64,000 nt of DNA from an uncultured Eubacteriales bacterium. GTDB taxonomy: Bacteria > Acidobacteriota > Aminicenantia > Aminicenantales > Aminicenantaceae. The notes beneath the pieces are model-generated. The model was not told the DNA's origin and made no database searches. It saw nothing but the letters and a program-made list of their open reading frames with translations. The translations under genes and the position numbers were made by a program. Location: the NCBI GenBank assembly GCA_964611275.1, contig CAZSZS010000172.1, positions 2,399 through 66,398 on the forward strand, read 5' to 3'. Below are positions 39,651 to 47,748 of the stretch, one piece after another; the first letter of the stretch is position 1; every line of letters begins with the position of its first letter.

Positions 39651-41417
39651 ATGGAATATTTTAGGCTAAGAGGAACGGGAGTATCCCCAGGCATTGCCGT
39701 GGGGGAAGTCCTTTTATCCGAAGGGATTGCTTTTACATCAAGAAAGAGCGGCATTAAAAAGGAACATGTAGAGAGGGAACTGAAGAGGCTGGACGTTGCG
39801 ATTCACAGAACTGGGGAACAGCTCAAGAAATTAAAGGGGGAAATCGGGAAAAAAGTCGGGTCGGACCACTCTTTTATATTCGAAGCGCACCTTTTCATCC
39901 TTCAGGATGATTCCCTCATCTCCAGGATAAAGGAGATTATTAAGGAGGAGAAAACCAGAGCTGAACGGGCCATTTCCAAAGTGTTTGAAGAATATTCCAA
40001 AATGTTCAAGTCCATTGAAGACGAATATTTCAAGCAGCGTGAATATGACCTGAAAGATGTTCTGTCTAAAATCTACTTGAATCTTGAGACCGATAAAAAG
40101 CTTAAGAAAGATGATGGAAAAGAAAAAATACTCGTGGGGCATGACCTGCTTCCTTCAGAAGCGGCTTCAAGGTTAAGCAAGGGAAATGTCCTTGCTGTAG
40201 CCCTTGATGTCGGAGGAACCACTTCTCATACCGCTATTCTGGCGCGCTCTTTAAACATTCCCGCTGTAATGGGGCTAAGCCAGATCACCCGGAAAGTCAA
40301 AGACGGGGATACGCTCATAGTGGATGGAACAAACGGTGAAGTGATTATCAATCCTCCCCTTGCTATAAGGCGGGAGTTTGAAAGCAAACAAAAAAAATAC
40401 GACAGTTATGTGAGAGAGCTTAAGAAGACAGCCACATTGAAATCCAAGACTCTGGACGGCGTCAGATTCTTTCCTTTTGCCAATATTGAACTTCCTGAAG
40501 AAGTCAATCTTGCCTTTTCAATGGGAGCGGAAGGAGTGGGGCTCTTCAGAACAGAGTTTATTTTTTTCCAGAGAAAGGAACTGCCTTCTGAGGAGGACCA
40601 TTTTCAAGTCTATTCCCAGGTTGTAAAGAATGCCGGCAAAAAGCCTGTTTATATAAGGACGGTCGATATCGGAGGAGAGAAGAATTTTCCTCAATTGAGT
40701 ATTGAGAAAGAGCCAAATCCCGCCTTAGGCCTTAGGGGTTTCCGCCTGTCTCTTAGGGAAAGGAAACACTTCAAGACGCAGTTGAGAGCCATATTACGGG
40801 CGAGCGCTCTAAATAAAAATGTCCGCATCATGCTTCCCATGATCACCGGTCTTGAGGAGATCGAAGAAGCAAAATTGATTATCGGGGAGATAAAAGAGGA
40901 GCTGAAGGCTCAGAAGTTCAAATATGATGAAGACATCCCCCTGGGCATAATGATTGAAGTCCCTGCAGCTGCGGCCGTTTCTGACAGTCTGGTCAAAGAA
41001 GTCGATTATATCAGTATCGGGACCAATGACCTCATTCAGTATTATCTTGCTGTTGATAGGTCAAATGAACTGGTCTCCTATTTGTTTAAACCACTTCACC
41101 CTTCTGTCTTGAGGTTGTTGAAATTTATTATTGACAGCGCAAAAAAAGAGAATAAAGAGGTGACTGTATGCGGTGAAATGGCCGCAGATCCACTTTCAGC
41201 TCTGGCTTTATTAGGGCTTGGGCTGAAAAGGTTCAGTATGAATCCTATCTTTATACCGAAGATAAAAAAGACCTTGAGGTCTGTAGAATACAAGAGCGCG
41301 CAAATGATTGTTGAAAAAGCTCTGGCTCTAAAAACAGCGAGGGAGGTCGAGGAACATTTCTTGGAAAGTGTTTTATCTAAACACCCGAAGGCTCTTCTTG
41401 CCACAGAGGCTTCTTGA
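39651..41417 (+). CDS. ptsI: phosphoenolpyruvate-protein phosphotransferase (Enzyme I)
   Basis: 588 aa with GGTTSHTAILARSL, GTNDLIQY and CGEMA. Confidence 0.93.
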   Translation: MEYFRLRGTGVSPGIAVGEVLLSEGIAFTSRKSGIKKEHVERELKRLDVAIHRTGEQLKKLKGEIGKKVGSDHSFIFEAHLFILQDDSLISRIKEIIKEEKTRAERAISKVFEEYSKMFKSIEDEYFKQREYDLKDVLSKIYLNLETDKKLKKDDGKEKILVGHDLLPSEAASRLSKGNVLAVALDVGGTTSHTAILARSLNIPAVMGLSQITRKVKDGDTLIVDGTNGEVIINPPLAIRREFESKQKKYDSYVRELKKTATLKSKTLDGVRFFPFANIELPEEVNLAFSMGAEGVGLFRTEFIFFQRKELPSEEDHFQVYSQVVKNAGKKPVYIRTVDIGGEKNFPQLSIEKEPNPALGLRGFRLSLRERKHFKTQLRAILRASALNKNVRIMLPMITGLEEIEEAKLIIGEIKEELKAQKFKYDEDIPLGIMIEVPAAAAVSDSLVKEVDYISIGTNDLIQYYLAVDRSNELVSYLFKPLHPSVLRLLKFIIDSAKKENKEVTVCGEMAADPLSALALLGLGLKRFSMNPIFIPKIKKTLRSVEYKSAQMIVEKALALKTAREVEEHFLESVLSKHPKALLATEAS

Positions 41418-41467
41418 TATTGTCCCGGTCCCTTTGTTTTCCATTTCAGGAGAGACGCGTTTCAGGC

Positions 41468-41887
41468 CTATGAGCCTTTGGTCCTTCCATATATGTCTTT
41501 GAGCCGGACAATGTCGTTTTCATTCGAGTTTCCTATCCAGATCTCCATGATCCTTGCGGGACATTTTCCAATATTCCGGACTCGATGCGGTGCTTTCAGT
41601 GGGATAAATATTTCCTCGTTTTTTCGGGGCTGCCATACTTTTTCCCCTACGGTAACCTCCAGGCCTTTATCCAGAGCCACCCAGAATTCACTTCTCTGGT
41701 TGTGATACTGAAGAGACAGAGACCCATTTGGATCCACTGTGATCAGTTTGATGCTTCCCGCCTTTTTATGCGGAAAGGAACGGAATTTTCCCCAGGGACG
41801 CCGTTCCTCGACGATTTCTTTTCTAAATTTTTTTTCTTCTTGAAGGGTAATCTCTGTTGATACAGAAGAGGCTTTCTTTGTCTTCAT
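41468..41887 (-). CDS. cupin-domain protein (type II phosphomannose isomerase C-terminal-like)
   Basis: 139 aa with RPWGKF...LSLQYHNQRSEFW...PHRVRN. Confidence 0.7.
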   Translation of the reverse strand: MKTKKASSVSTEITLQEEKKFRKEIVEERRPWGKFRSFPHKKAGSIKLITVDPNGSLSLQYHNQRSEFWVALDKGLEVTVGEKVWQPRKNEEIFIPLKAPHRVRNIGKCPARIMEIWIGNSNENDIVRLKDIYGRTKGS

Positions 41888-41928
41888 TGCTCTTTGGTTG
41901 TAAAGCTCTGACTAAGGTTCATTCAAAC

Positions 41929-42390
41929 TCAAAAGGGCACGTCCTCATCTTCACCGTCAGGTTCCGGCATGTTTTTGTCCGAAGGAAAATCTGACTCATC
42001 CTGGTAATCCGGCTTGGATTGCATTGTTTCCGTATCCATATCCTCTCGCTTGCCGAGCAAAGTGACCTGGTAGGCATGAATTTTTGTTGTGTATCTCTGT
42101 TTCCCGTCGCGGTCCTCCCATTTATCTGTTTTCAGCCTTCCTTCAACAAGAACTTGCTTGCCTTTTGATAGAAACTTTTCACAGAATTCCGCTGTTTTAC
42201 CCCAGGATACGACTTTATGCCATTCTGTTCGTTCTTCGCTTTCCTTTGTCTGTGGGTTAAAGATCCGCTCGTTCGTGGCTAAAGAATAGTTGGCGACAGG
42301 TCTGTTGGATTGGGGAATATACCGGATATCAGGGTCAGCTCCTAGGCGGCCCACTAAAATGACCTTGTTAAAGCTGTTTATATCTCTCAT
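41929..42390 (-). CDS. ssb: single-stranded DNA-binding protein
   Basis: 153 aa with NKVILVGRLGADPDIRY and an acidic tail ending DEDVPF. Confidence 0.93.
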   Translation of the reverse strand: MRDINSFNKVILVGRLGADPDIRYIPQSNRPVANYSLATNERIFNPQTKESEERTEWHKVVSWGKTAEFCEKFLSKGKQVLVEGRLKTDKWEDRDGKQRYTTKIHAYQVTLLGKREDMDTETMQSKPDYQDESDFPSDKNMPEPDGEDEDVPF

Positions 42391-43259
42391 TGTGAAATCC
42401 TGGATTGAATTTCCTTGATTTTTTCCTGGGCGATTCTTGTTTCTTCTTCAAGAGGGAATTTGCTTATGAGAAGCTTGAAGACAGCTAAGGCTTCTTCATC
42501 TTTTCCGGTTTCCATAAGACACATCCCCTTTTTTAAATGAGCAGCCGGAATTTCGTCGCCTTCCGGATAGCTTAAAATCAGGACATTGAAGTTTTTTATC
42601 GCTTCTTCATAGTTTTCCTGGCTGAAATAGCATTCTCCGATCCAGTAAAGCGCATTGTCTGCAAGCGGGCTTTCGGGAAAGTGCTCCAAGTAAATGGTAA
42701 ATCCTTCAATGGCCAGCTGGAAATTGCCTTTGAGATAATCTGATCTGGCCAGGTTGTACACCTCTTGGGGAGAGAGGTTGGGGTCAAGTTGTGTTTTTAG
42801 TGCGCTTTCTTCTGCGGTAGCCTCCATTTCGCCAGCGGTTGATTCCTGTCCGGATTCATCTGTGACCTCATCCTGCGTGGTTTCTTCTGGGAGTGATGCC
42901 GTCGACTGTTTGATTTCGATCAGATCTTCCGAAATCTCTGCAAGCCGGGAGGTAAGTGAGTCGAACTTTTCGAGGAGGATCTGGTACTGTGCGGGAATTT
43001 TTTCCTGTTCCTCACCCAGGCTTGCCTGTTCGTTTCGAATCAAACTCAACAGCTCATGAATTTCATCTAACCGTTTTTTTATAGAGATGATATCTTCTTG
43101 ATTCTTTTTTGCCTGTTTCTCAAGCTCCAAGATCTTCATCTTTAATATCTGGACATCTTCATATATCAGCTCATATGCTTTTTTGCTTTTTTGGATTCCT
43201 GAAAGCAAAATGGGACACAAGAAAAGAAGAATAATCCAAGAATAAGCCTTTTTAGCCAT
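42387..43259 (-). CDS. cpoB: Tol-Pal system protein CpoB (YbgF)
   Basis: 290 aa with a signal peptide, a coiled coil, and C-terminal TPR repeats (YWIGECYFSQENYEEAIKNF). Located after pal. Confidence 0.8.
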   Translation of the reverse strand: MAKKAYSWIILLFLCPILLSGIQKSKKAYELIYEDVQILKMKILELEKQAKKNQEDIISIKKRLDEIHELLSLIRNEQASLGEEQEKIPAQYQILLEKFDSLTSRLAEISEDLIEIKQSTASLPEETTQDEVTDESGQESTAGEMEATAEESALKTQLDPNLSPQEVYNLARSDYLKGNFQLAIEGFTIYLEHFPESPLADNALYWIGECYFSQENYEEAIKNFNVLILSYPEGDEIPAAHLKKGMCLMETGKDEEALAVFKLLISKFPLEEETRIAQEKIKEIQSRISQ

Positions 43260-43267
43260 AAAATAAT

Positions 43268-43846
43268 CTATTTTTCAATGATGGTGAATTGAGCCCTTCT
43301 GTTTTTCTGCCAAGCGATTTCATCGTGACCCGGATTCAATGGTTGGCTTTTGCCGTAGGAAATGATTTGTATTCTATCCGGTGAAATTCCCAAGGAGATA
43401 AGATAGTCTCTGGCGCTTTTTGCTCTTTTTTCTCCAAGGGCGAGGTTGTATTCTTCTGTGCCGCGTTCGTCACAATGCCCCTCTATCAGTATTTTCACGC
43501 TCCCCCATTTGCTGAGCCATTCGGCATTTGCTCTCAAAACCGGTTTTGCGTCTTCTCTAATGAAATATTTGTCAAAATCAAAGTGGACCATATTGAGAAG
43601 CTGTTCTGCATTGATTTCCTCTAATGTTTTTTGCTCAAATATCTCTTGCTCGGTCAGTTCCGGTTCTATTGCCGGGGGTTTTTCTACTTTCTCAACTTGG
43701 GGTTGTTCTTTGACCTGTGGAGGAGGTGGTGGGGTTTCTTCCACTTTTTTCCTACAGGATGCAAAGAAAGAAAAGACCAAAAGAAAAGAGATAAATAGTA
43801 CCGTTAATTTTTTCATGGGATCTCCTTTGGGTTTATTTTTTTGCAT
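43268..43846 (-). CDS. pal: peptidoglycan-associated lipoprotein Pal
   Basis: Has lipobox FFASC and an OmpA-like domain (GHCDERGTEEYNLALGEKRA). The likely true start is MKKLTV at 43816. Confidence 0.9.
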   Translation of the reverse strand: MQKNKPKGDPMKKLTVLFISFLLVFSFFASCRKKVEETPPPPPQVKEQPQVEKVEKPPAIEPELTEQEIFEQKTLEEINAEQLLNMVHFDFDKYFIREDAKPVLRANAEWLSKWGSVKILIEGHCDERGTEEYNLALGEKRAKSARDYLISLGISPDRIQIISYGKSQPLNPGHDEIAWQKNRRAQFTIIEK

Positions 43847-43959
43847 TTAACACATCGTATCCGGATATACTGTTTAATCTATATACAATGAATATATAGA
43901 GTTGTCAAATAGTATAAATAAAATCCGTGCCTTAAAACTCTTGGAAAGAGCTGTCGTCA

Positions 43960-45255
43960 TTATTTTCTTGACCAGTTCGGAAGCTTGTTTTCTCCCTTTG
44001 AAGTCAAGCGCCTCAGGTTTGTACCATCATAGTCAAGGGAGTAGATCTGGATGGTACCCGTGCGGTTGGATGAAAAGATGATGTGCCGGCCGTCAGGAGA
44101 CCAGGAGGGAGATTCGTTTCTGGAATATCCTTCCGTAAGCTTAATAATGCGGTCAGTCCTAAGATTGAGAACGTAAAGGTCAAACACAGCCGCGACTCTT
44201 GATACATACACGATCCTGTCGCCGGTCGGGGCCCAGGCAGGGCCGTCATGATAATTTCCCCCAAAGCTGCGTCTGCGCACATTTGTCCCTTCTGCATCCA
44301 TGATGTATATTTGAGGGGACCCAAGCCTGTCAGAAGTAAAGGCGATTTCTCTGTTATTGGGTGACCAGCTCGGAGCTGTATCTATGGCGTTGTTAAAGGT
44401 GAGCCGTTTGATGTTTTTTCCACTGCTGTCTGCAACATAGATCTCTGAATTTGATTCATCCTCGGTCGAGCAAAAAGTCATTCTTTTTCCGTCATAGGAA
44501 AAATCAGGCCCGAAGCTGGTACCTTGGTCTGTGACCATAGTCCTTGTGCCTTCAAAAGGATTGAAAAGATAAAGAGCCGCTTTCCCTTCGCTGTATGCTG
44601 TGTAGGCAATTGTTTTTCCGTCAGCTGACCAGGCAGGCATGTAGTCTCTGGTTTTATTAAAGGTCAACCGTGTCTGGTTATAGCCGTCATAATCCATCAT
44701 GTACAGCTCGTCATTCCCGTTTCGGTTGGAGACAAAAAGAATTTTTGTGGTGAAAAGAGGAGGTTCACCATAGGTTATCATCAATTCATTTGATAGTCTA
44801 TGTCCGACCAGGCGGAGCAGACTCTTATCGGATTGATATTTTTTGCCTTTAATGAAGCGGGCGGATTTGACATCATATAGTTTAGCTTCAAAGAGCAGAG
44901 AGCCGTCACTGGTTTGAGACATCTCTCCGCTGATAAGAAGTTTGGCTTGAATGGATTCCCAGTCTTTAAAGATAATGTTTTCAGGATCGAGGGGTTTTAT
45001 CCATTTGTAATAATCTTCCGGGAGGGGGCTGAAAACCCTGCTGTATTTGAGGTCTGAGATAATCACTTCCCTGAGAGTCGAGGCTGCCGAATCCAGTTCC
45101 GGGGAACCGCTGTTGGTTATGATTTCAGGAACAGCAACAGGAATAACAGGCATCCCCTCTCTTATCCTCATGACGACCTCCTGCTGAGGGATCAGCAGGC
45201 CAATGGAAAGGAAAAAAAGCAGGAAAAGAGCCGCAGTGATATGTATTTTTCTCAT
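43960..45255 (-). CDS. tolB: Tol-Pal system beta-propeller protein TolB
   Basis: 431 aa with repeated PAWSADG / PSWSPNN / PSWSPDG blades. Confidence 0.9.
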   Translation of the reverse strand: MRKIHITAALFLLFFLSIGLLIPQQEVVMRIREGMPVIPVAVPEIITNSGSPELDSAASTLREVIISDLKYSRVFSPLPEDYYKWIKPLDPENIIFKDWESIQAKLLISGEMSQTSDGSLLFEAKLYDVKSARFIKGKKYQSDKSLLRLVGHRLSNELMITYGEPPLFTTKILFVSNRNGNDELYMMDYDGYNQTRLTFNKTRDYMPAWSADGKTIAYTAYSEGKAALYLFNPFEGTRTMVTDQGTSFGPDFSYDGKRMTFCSTEDESNSEIYVADSSGKNIKRLTFNNAIDTAPSWSPNNREIAFTSDRLGSPQIYIMDAEGTNVRRRSFGGNYHDGPAWAPTGDRIVYVSRVAAVFDLYVLNLRTDRIIKLTEGYSRNESPSWSPDGRHIIFSSNRTGTIQIYSLDYDGTNLRRLTSKGENKLPNWSRK

Positions 45256-46094
45256 TTTGTATGCTCGAATATGATACGGATCAAAAGATATTCCTCTTTG
45301 TATTCCGTAGGCAGAGGGGGAAAGGGGGCAGATGAGCGCACGGCGCGTATGGCAGAGAGGTCTAGTGACCTGACATTGCTTGATTCAAGTATTTCCGGTT
45401 CTGATATATGGCCGTCCTTGTAGATCCTGAATGAAATGGTCGTGAAATAATCTCCGCTTAATCCTGTTCGAATGCGGGAGGTAAACCAGTTGCTGGATAT
45501 TCTTGAATGCAGGGTCTGGAGGTACCATGTGTAGGGGAAAGAAGACATGCCTACCTGAGAAGAATATTCAGAACCAAAACCTATGCCACCACCGCTTCCT
45601 CCACCGACTCCTATTCTTAATCCGGACCCTCCGACACCCTCAGCCCCGGAGCCTGAATCAGACTGTCCTGATTTGGTTTTTATCTGAGATGTCTTTGTGG
45701 ATTTCTGGATGACTGATTTTTTTTCAGTATCAGTCTGTTTTTCCTTTTTGGGTTTATCAACAGGGTATCTAAGGGATGGTTCTTGCTGTTCCAGGGTTTT
45801 TGGTACGGTAAGGTCGCTGAGGCTTTCTCTTTCAGGGAGAGGTGTTTCACCCAGAGTCTCACTCTGTCCGCTTTCACCCGCCGGACCGCCGGGAGCGCCG
45901 CCACCGCCGCTTCCTCCTCCTCCGCCGCCGGGAAAAGAGACGACATTGACATAGTGGACCATTCCCTTTTTTGAGTGAGTGGGGATATACGGAGAAATCA
46001 GTATAAATATGAAGAGAGCCAGGTGTGCTGAGGCGGAGATAATGAGTGCCTGCCTGAAGGCTTTGAATTCCCTGTTTGATACGGTCTGGCTCAT
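45252..46094 (-). CDS. tolA: TolA-like energy transducer (TonB C-terminal fold) with a Gly-rich linker
   Basis: 280 aa with an N-terminal TM, Gly runs (GGGGGGSGGGGAPGG; GGGSGGGIGFG), a TonB_C-like end and the position between tolR and tolB. Confidence 0.7.
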   Translation of the reverse strand: MSQTVSNREFKAFRQALIISASAHLALFIFILISPYIPTHSKKGMVHYVNVVSFPGGGGGGSGGGGAPGGPAGESGQSETLGETPLPERESLSDLTVPKTLEQQEPSLRYPVDKPKKEKQTDTEKKSVIQKSTKTSQIKTKSGQSDSGSGAEGVGGSGLRIGVGGGSGGGIGFGSEYSSQVGMSSFPYTWYLQTLHSRISSNWFTSRIRTGLSGDYFTTISFRIYKDGHISEPEILESSNVRSLDLSAIRAVRSSAPFPPLPTEYKEEYLLIRIIFEHTK

Positions 46095-46525
46095 CCGTCT
46101 TCTCTCTCCTCAAGAGGCTTGACCACCAGCCCCACTACATTAACGCCAGATTTATTCACAATATCCAGTATGCGGATAACGAAACCGTAGGGAAGGGTTT
46201 CGTCAGCCCTTATAAAAACAACTTTTTCTTCTTTTCCGTAAAAATATTCTTTGAGCCTCTGCTCCAGAAGGAACTGGTTGATCGCCTGATCCTCGATGTG
46301 AATGTATTTGTCGCTGGTGATGGTCAGGGTCAGGCCTTGCTCCGCCGGGGCTGACTCGGTCTCCGCCTGTGGGAGATTCACTCCGATACCTGACTGCATC
46401 ATGGGAGCTGTGACCATGAATATGATAAGGAGCACCAGCATGACATCGACAAGAGGAGTTACGTTTATTTCAGAAAGAGAGGTGCCCACCTCTTTTTTGT
46501 TTATAGGTCTGTATTTAAATGCCAT
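46091..46525 (-). CDS. tolR: biopolymer transport protein TolR (ExbD family)
   Basis: 144 aa with INVTPLVDVMLVLLIIFM. Confidence 0.88.
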   Translation of the reverse strand: MAFKYRPINKKEVGTSLSEINVTPLVDVMLVLLIIFMVTAPMMQSGIGVNLPQAETESAPAEQGLTLTITSDKYIHIEDQAINQFLLEQRLKEYFYGKEEKVVFIRADETLPYGFVIRILDIVNKSGVNVVGLVVKPLEEREDG

Positions 46526-47246
46526 AGAGTCTTTCTGTTATGCTGATAAATTCAATGGAAAAATCTTCCATATCACTTACGGACTCTTTGATTTTCTGCA
46601 GAAAGTGATTGTAGGCAATGACTGCAGGAATAGCGGCAAAAAGCCCCAATGCTGTGGCGACCAGAGCCTCTGCGATGCCCGGTGCAACCGTTGTAAGGCT
46701 GGCTGTTTTTTCTACACCGATTCCGATAAAAGAATCCATGATGCCCCATACGGTCCCGAAAAGCCCTATAAAAGGGGTGACGCTTCCTGTCGTGGCTAGA
46801 AAACTCATCATTTTTTCAAATCGGCGGACTTCTTGATTAGAGGCTTTTATGAGGGATCTGTTTACGCTCTCCAGGTTTTCCGATGTCAAATGGGATTCCG
46901 GATTCGTCTTTTTTATATAGGCAAGAGTTTTGAACCCTGATTGAAACAGGGATGCCAGGGGGCTTGATTTATACTTTTGAGACGCATTGTTGACTTCCGC
47001 AAGATTCCGGCTCTTTTTGAAGACAGACATGAATTTTTTCGATTCTGCCTGCGCTTTTTTAAAGGTTTTCCTCTTAAAGTATATAATGGCCCAGGAAAAA
47101 ACGGAGAAAAATAGAAGCACGAGCAGGACGATTTTAACGATGATACTGGCTTTTAGGATCAGTTGGATAAAGTTCATTTTTGATTCCAAAAAGTAGCACA
47201 CACCTGAAGCAATGTCAACCTGGTTATTCATAAAATCAGCCTGCAT
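46515..47246 (-). CDS. tolQ: Tol-Pal proton channel TolQ (MotA/TolQ/ExbB family)
   Basis: Carries PFIGLFGTVWGIM and APGIAEALVATALGLFAAIPAV. The likely true start is MNFIQLILKAS at 47177. The first 23 codons of the tracked ORF run into repeat DNA. Confidence 0.88.
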   Translation of the reverse strand: MQADFMNNQVDIASGVCYFLESKMNFIQLILKASIIVKIVLLVLLFFSVFSWAIIYFKRKTFKKAQAESKKFMSVFKKSRNLAEVNNASQKYKSSPLASLFQSGFKTLAYIKKTNPESHLTSENLESVNRSLIKASNQEVRRFEKMMSFLATTGSVTPFIGLFGTVWGIMDSFIGIGVEKTASLTTVAPGIAEALVATALGLFAAIPAVIAYNHFLQKIKESVSDMEDFSIEFISITERLYGI

Positions 47247-47352
47247 CCATCAATCACCACTACATGATCAATTGGGTTTTTAAGTCATTTTGATAAACAG
47301 AGTTTATCGCTTTATCTCTGTTTATATTTAAATTTAATGCAGGCTGATTTTA
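47231..47352. repeat. perfect 16-bp inverted repeat TAAAATCAGCCTGCAT / ATGCAGGCTGATTTTA with a 90-nt spacer that holds a second 10-bp inverted repeat (47293..47302 / 47316..47325)
   Basis: Read directly. It occupies the same position within the element as the unrelated 14-bp inverted repeat of copy 1. Confidence 0.85.
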
Positions 47353-47424
47353 CCTTACAGGCGAGCCGATCCTACAGCATCTGCTTTGTTGCAGGGCATT
47401 CGCGGTGAAGGACCACAGCGTAAT

Positions 47425-47620
47425 GTCATCACGAGGGGCAAAGCGACGTGGTGATCTGACGACCATTGGATACGACACATGTCATGGCGAGGAACAGAGC
47501 GACGAAGCCATCTCAACCGCTAACGAAGCACATTGGGATTGCTCGCTTCACTCGCAACGATATTTTATTTGGAAAAAGGTCATCGGATTGCCGCACTCAC
47601 TAACGGTCGTTCGCAATGAC
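47425..47620. repeat. four REP-like GC-rich palindromic units (two forward, two inverted) nested in element copy 2
   Basis: Unit A 47425..47458 is GTCATCACGAGGGGCAAAGCGACGTGGTGATCTG. Unit B 47481..47514 is GTCATGGCGAGGAACAGAGCGACGAAGCCATCTC. Units C (47535..47561) and D (47585..47620) are in the opposite orientation, ending ...TCGCAACGAT and ...TCGCAATGAC. Confidence 0.7.
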
Positions 47621-47748
47621 GCAGTGACCTCGACTCGTGAATAACCAGGTTAATGTCGCTTCAGCCATATCTGCATTTCACCTTGCTGGGATTGACAAAA
47701 ACAGAGAGAAAGAATAGATTGGATTTCGAAGGTTGAAGGGTTAAAAAG

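Larger units (their letters stand above)
47219..47649 (+). mobile_element. MITE-like inverted-repeat element, copy 2 (long form, about 431 nt)
   Basis: Perfect 12-bp terminal inverted repeats CCTGGTTATTCA (47219..47230) and TGAATAACCAGG (47638..47649). The flanks are TCAA on the left and TTAA on the right. Core 47349..47419 is 60/71 identical to copy 1. The orientation relative to the downstream gene is the same as in copy 1. Confidence 0.55.

Noticed and set aside
43878-43900. Inverted repeat TCTATATA-caatgaa-TATATAGA in the tolB-pal spacer.
   Set aside because: This is a short AT-only palindrome in an AT-rich spacer. It could be a weak internal promoter or operator, but it is not distinguishable from chance.
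47349-47649. c-di-AMP (ydaO-yuaA) riboswitch upstream of the K+ transporter trkH.
   Set aside because: It was tempting because of the K+ uptake context and short resemblances (GCCGATCC, CCGCAC(C/T)C, CAGC-AACCTCG) to ydaO sequences as I remember them. However, the second pseudo-symmetric half (GGGGTGAATC...GGG...ACCCGAA) is not evident. A second copy sits before leuS. The element also has terminal inverted repeats with flanking duplications. This stays unresolved until a cmscan against RF00379 is run.
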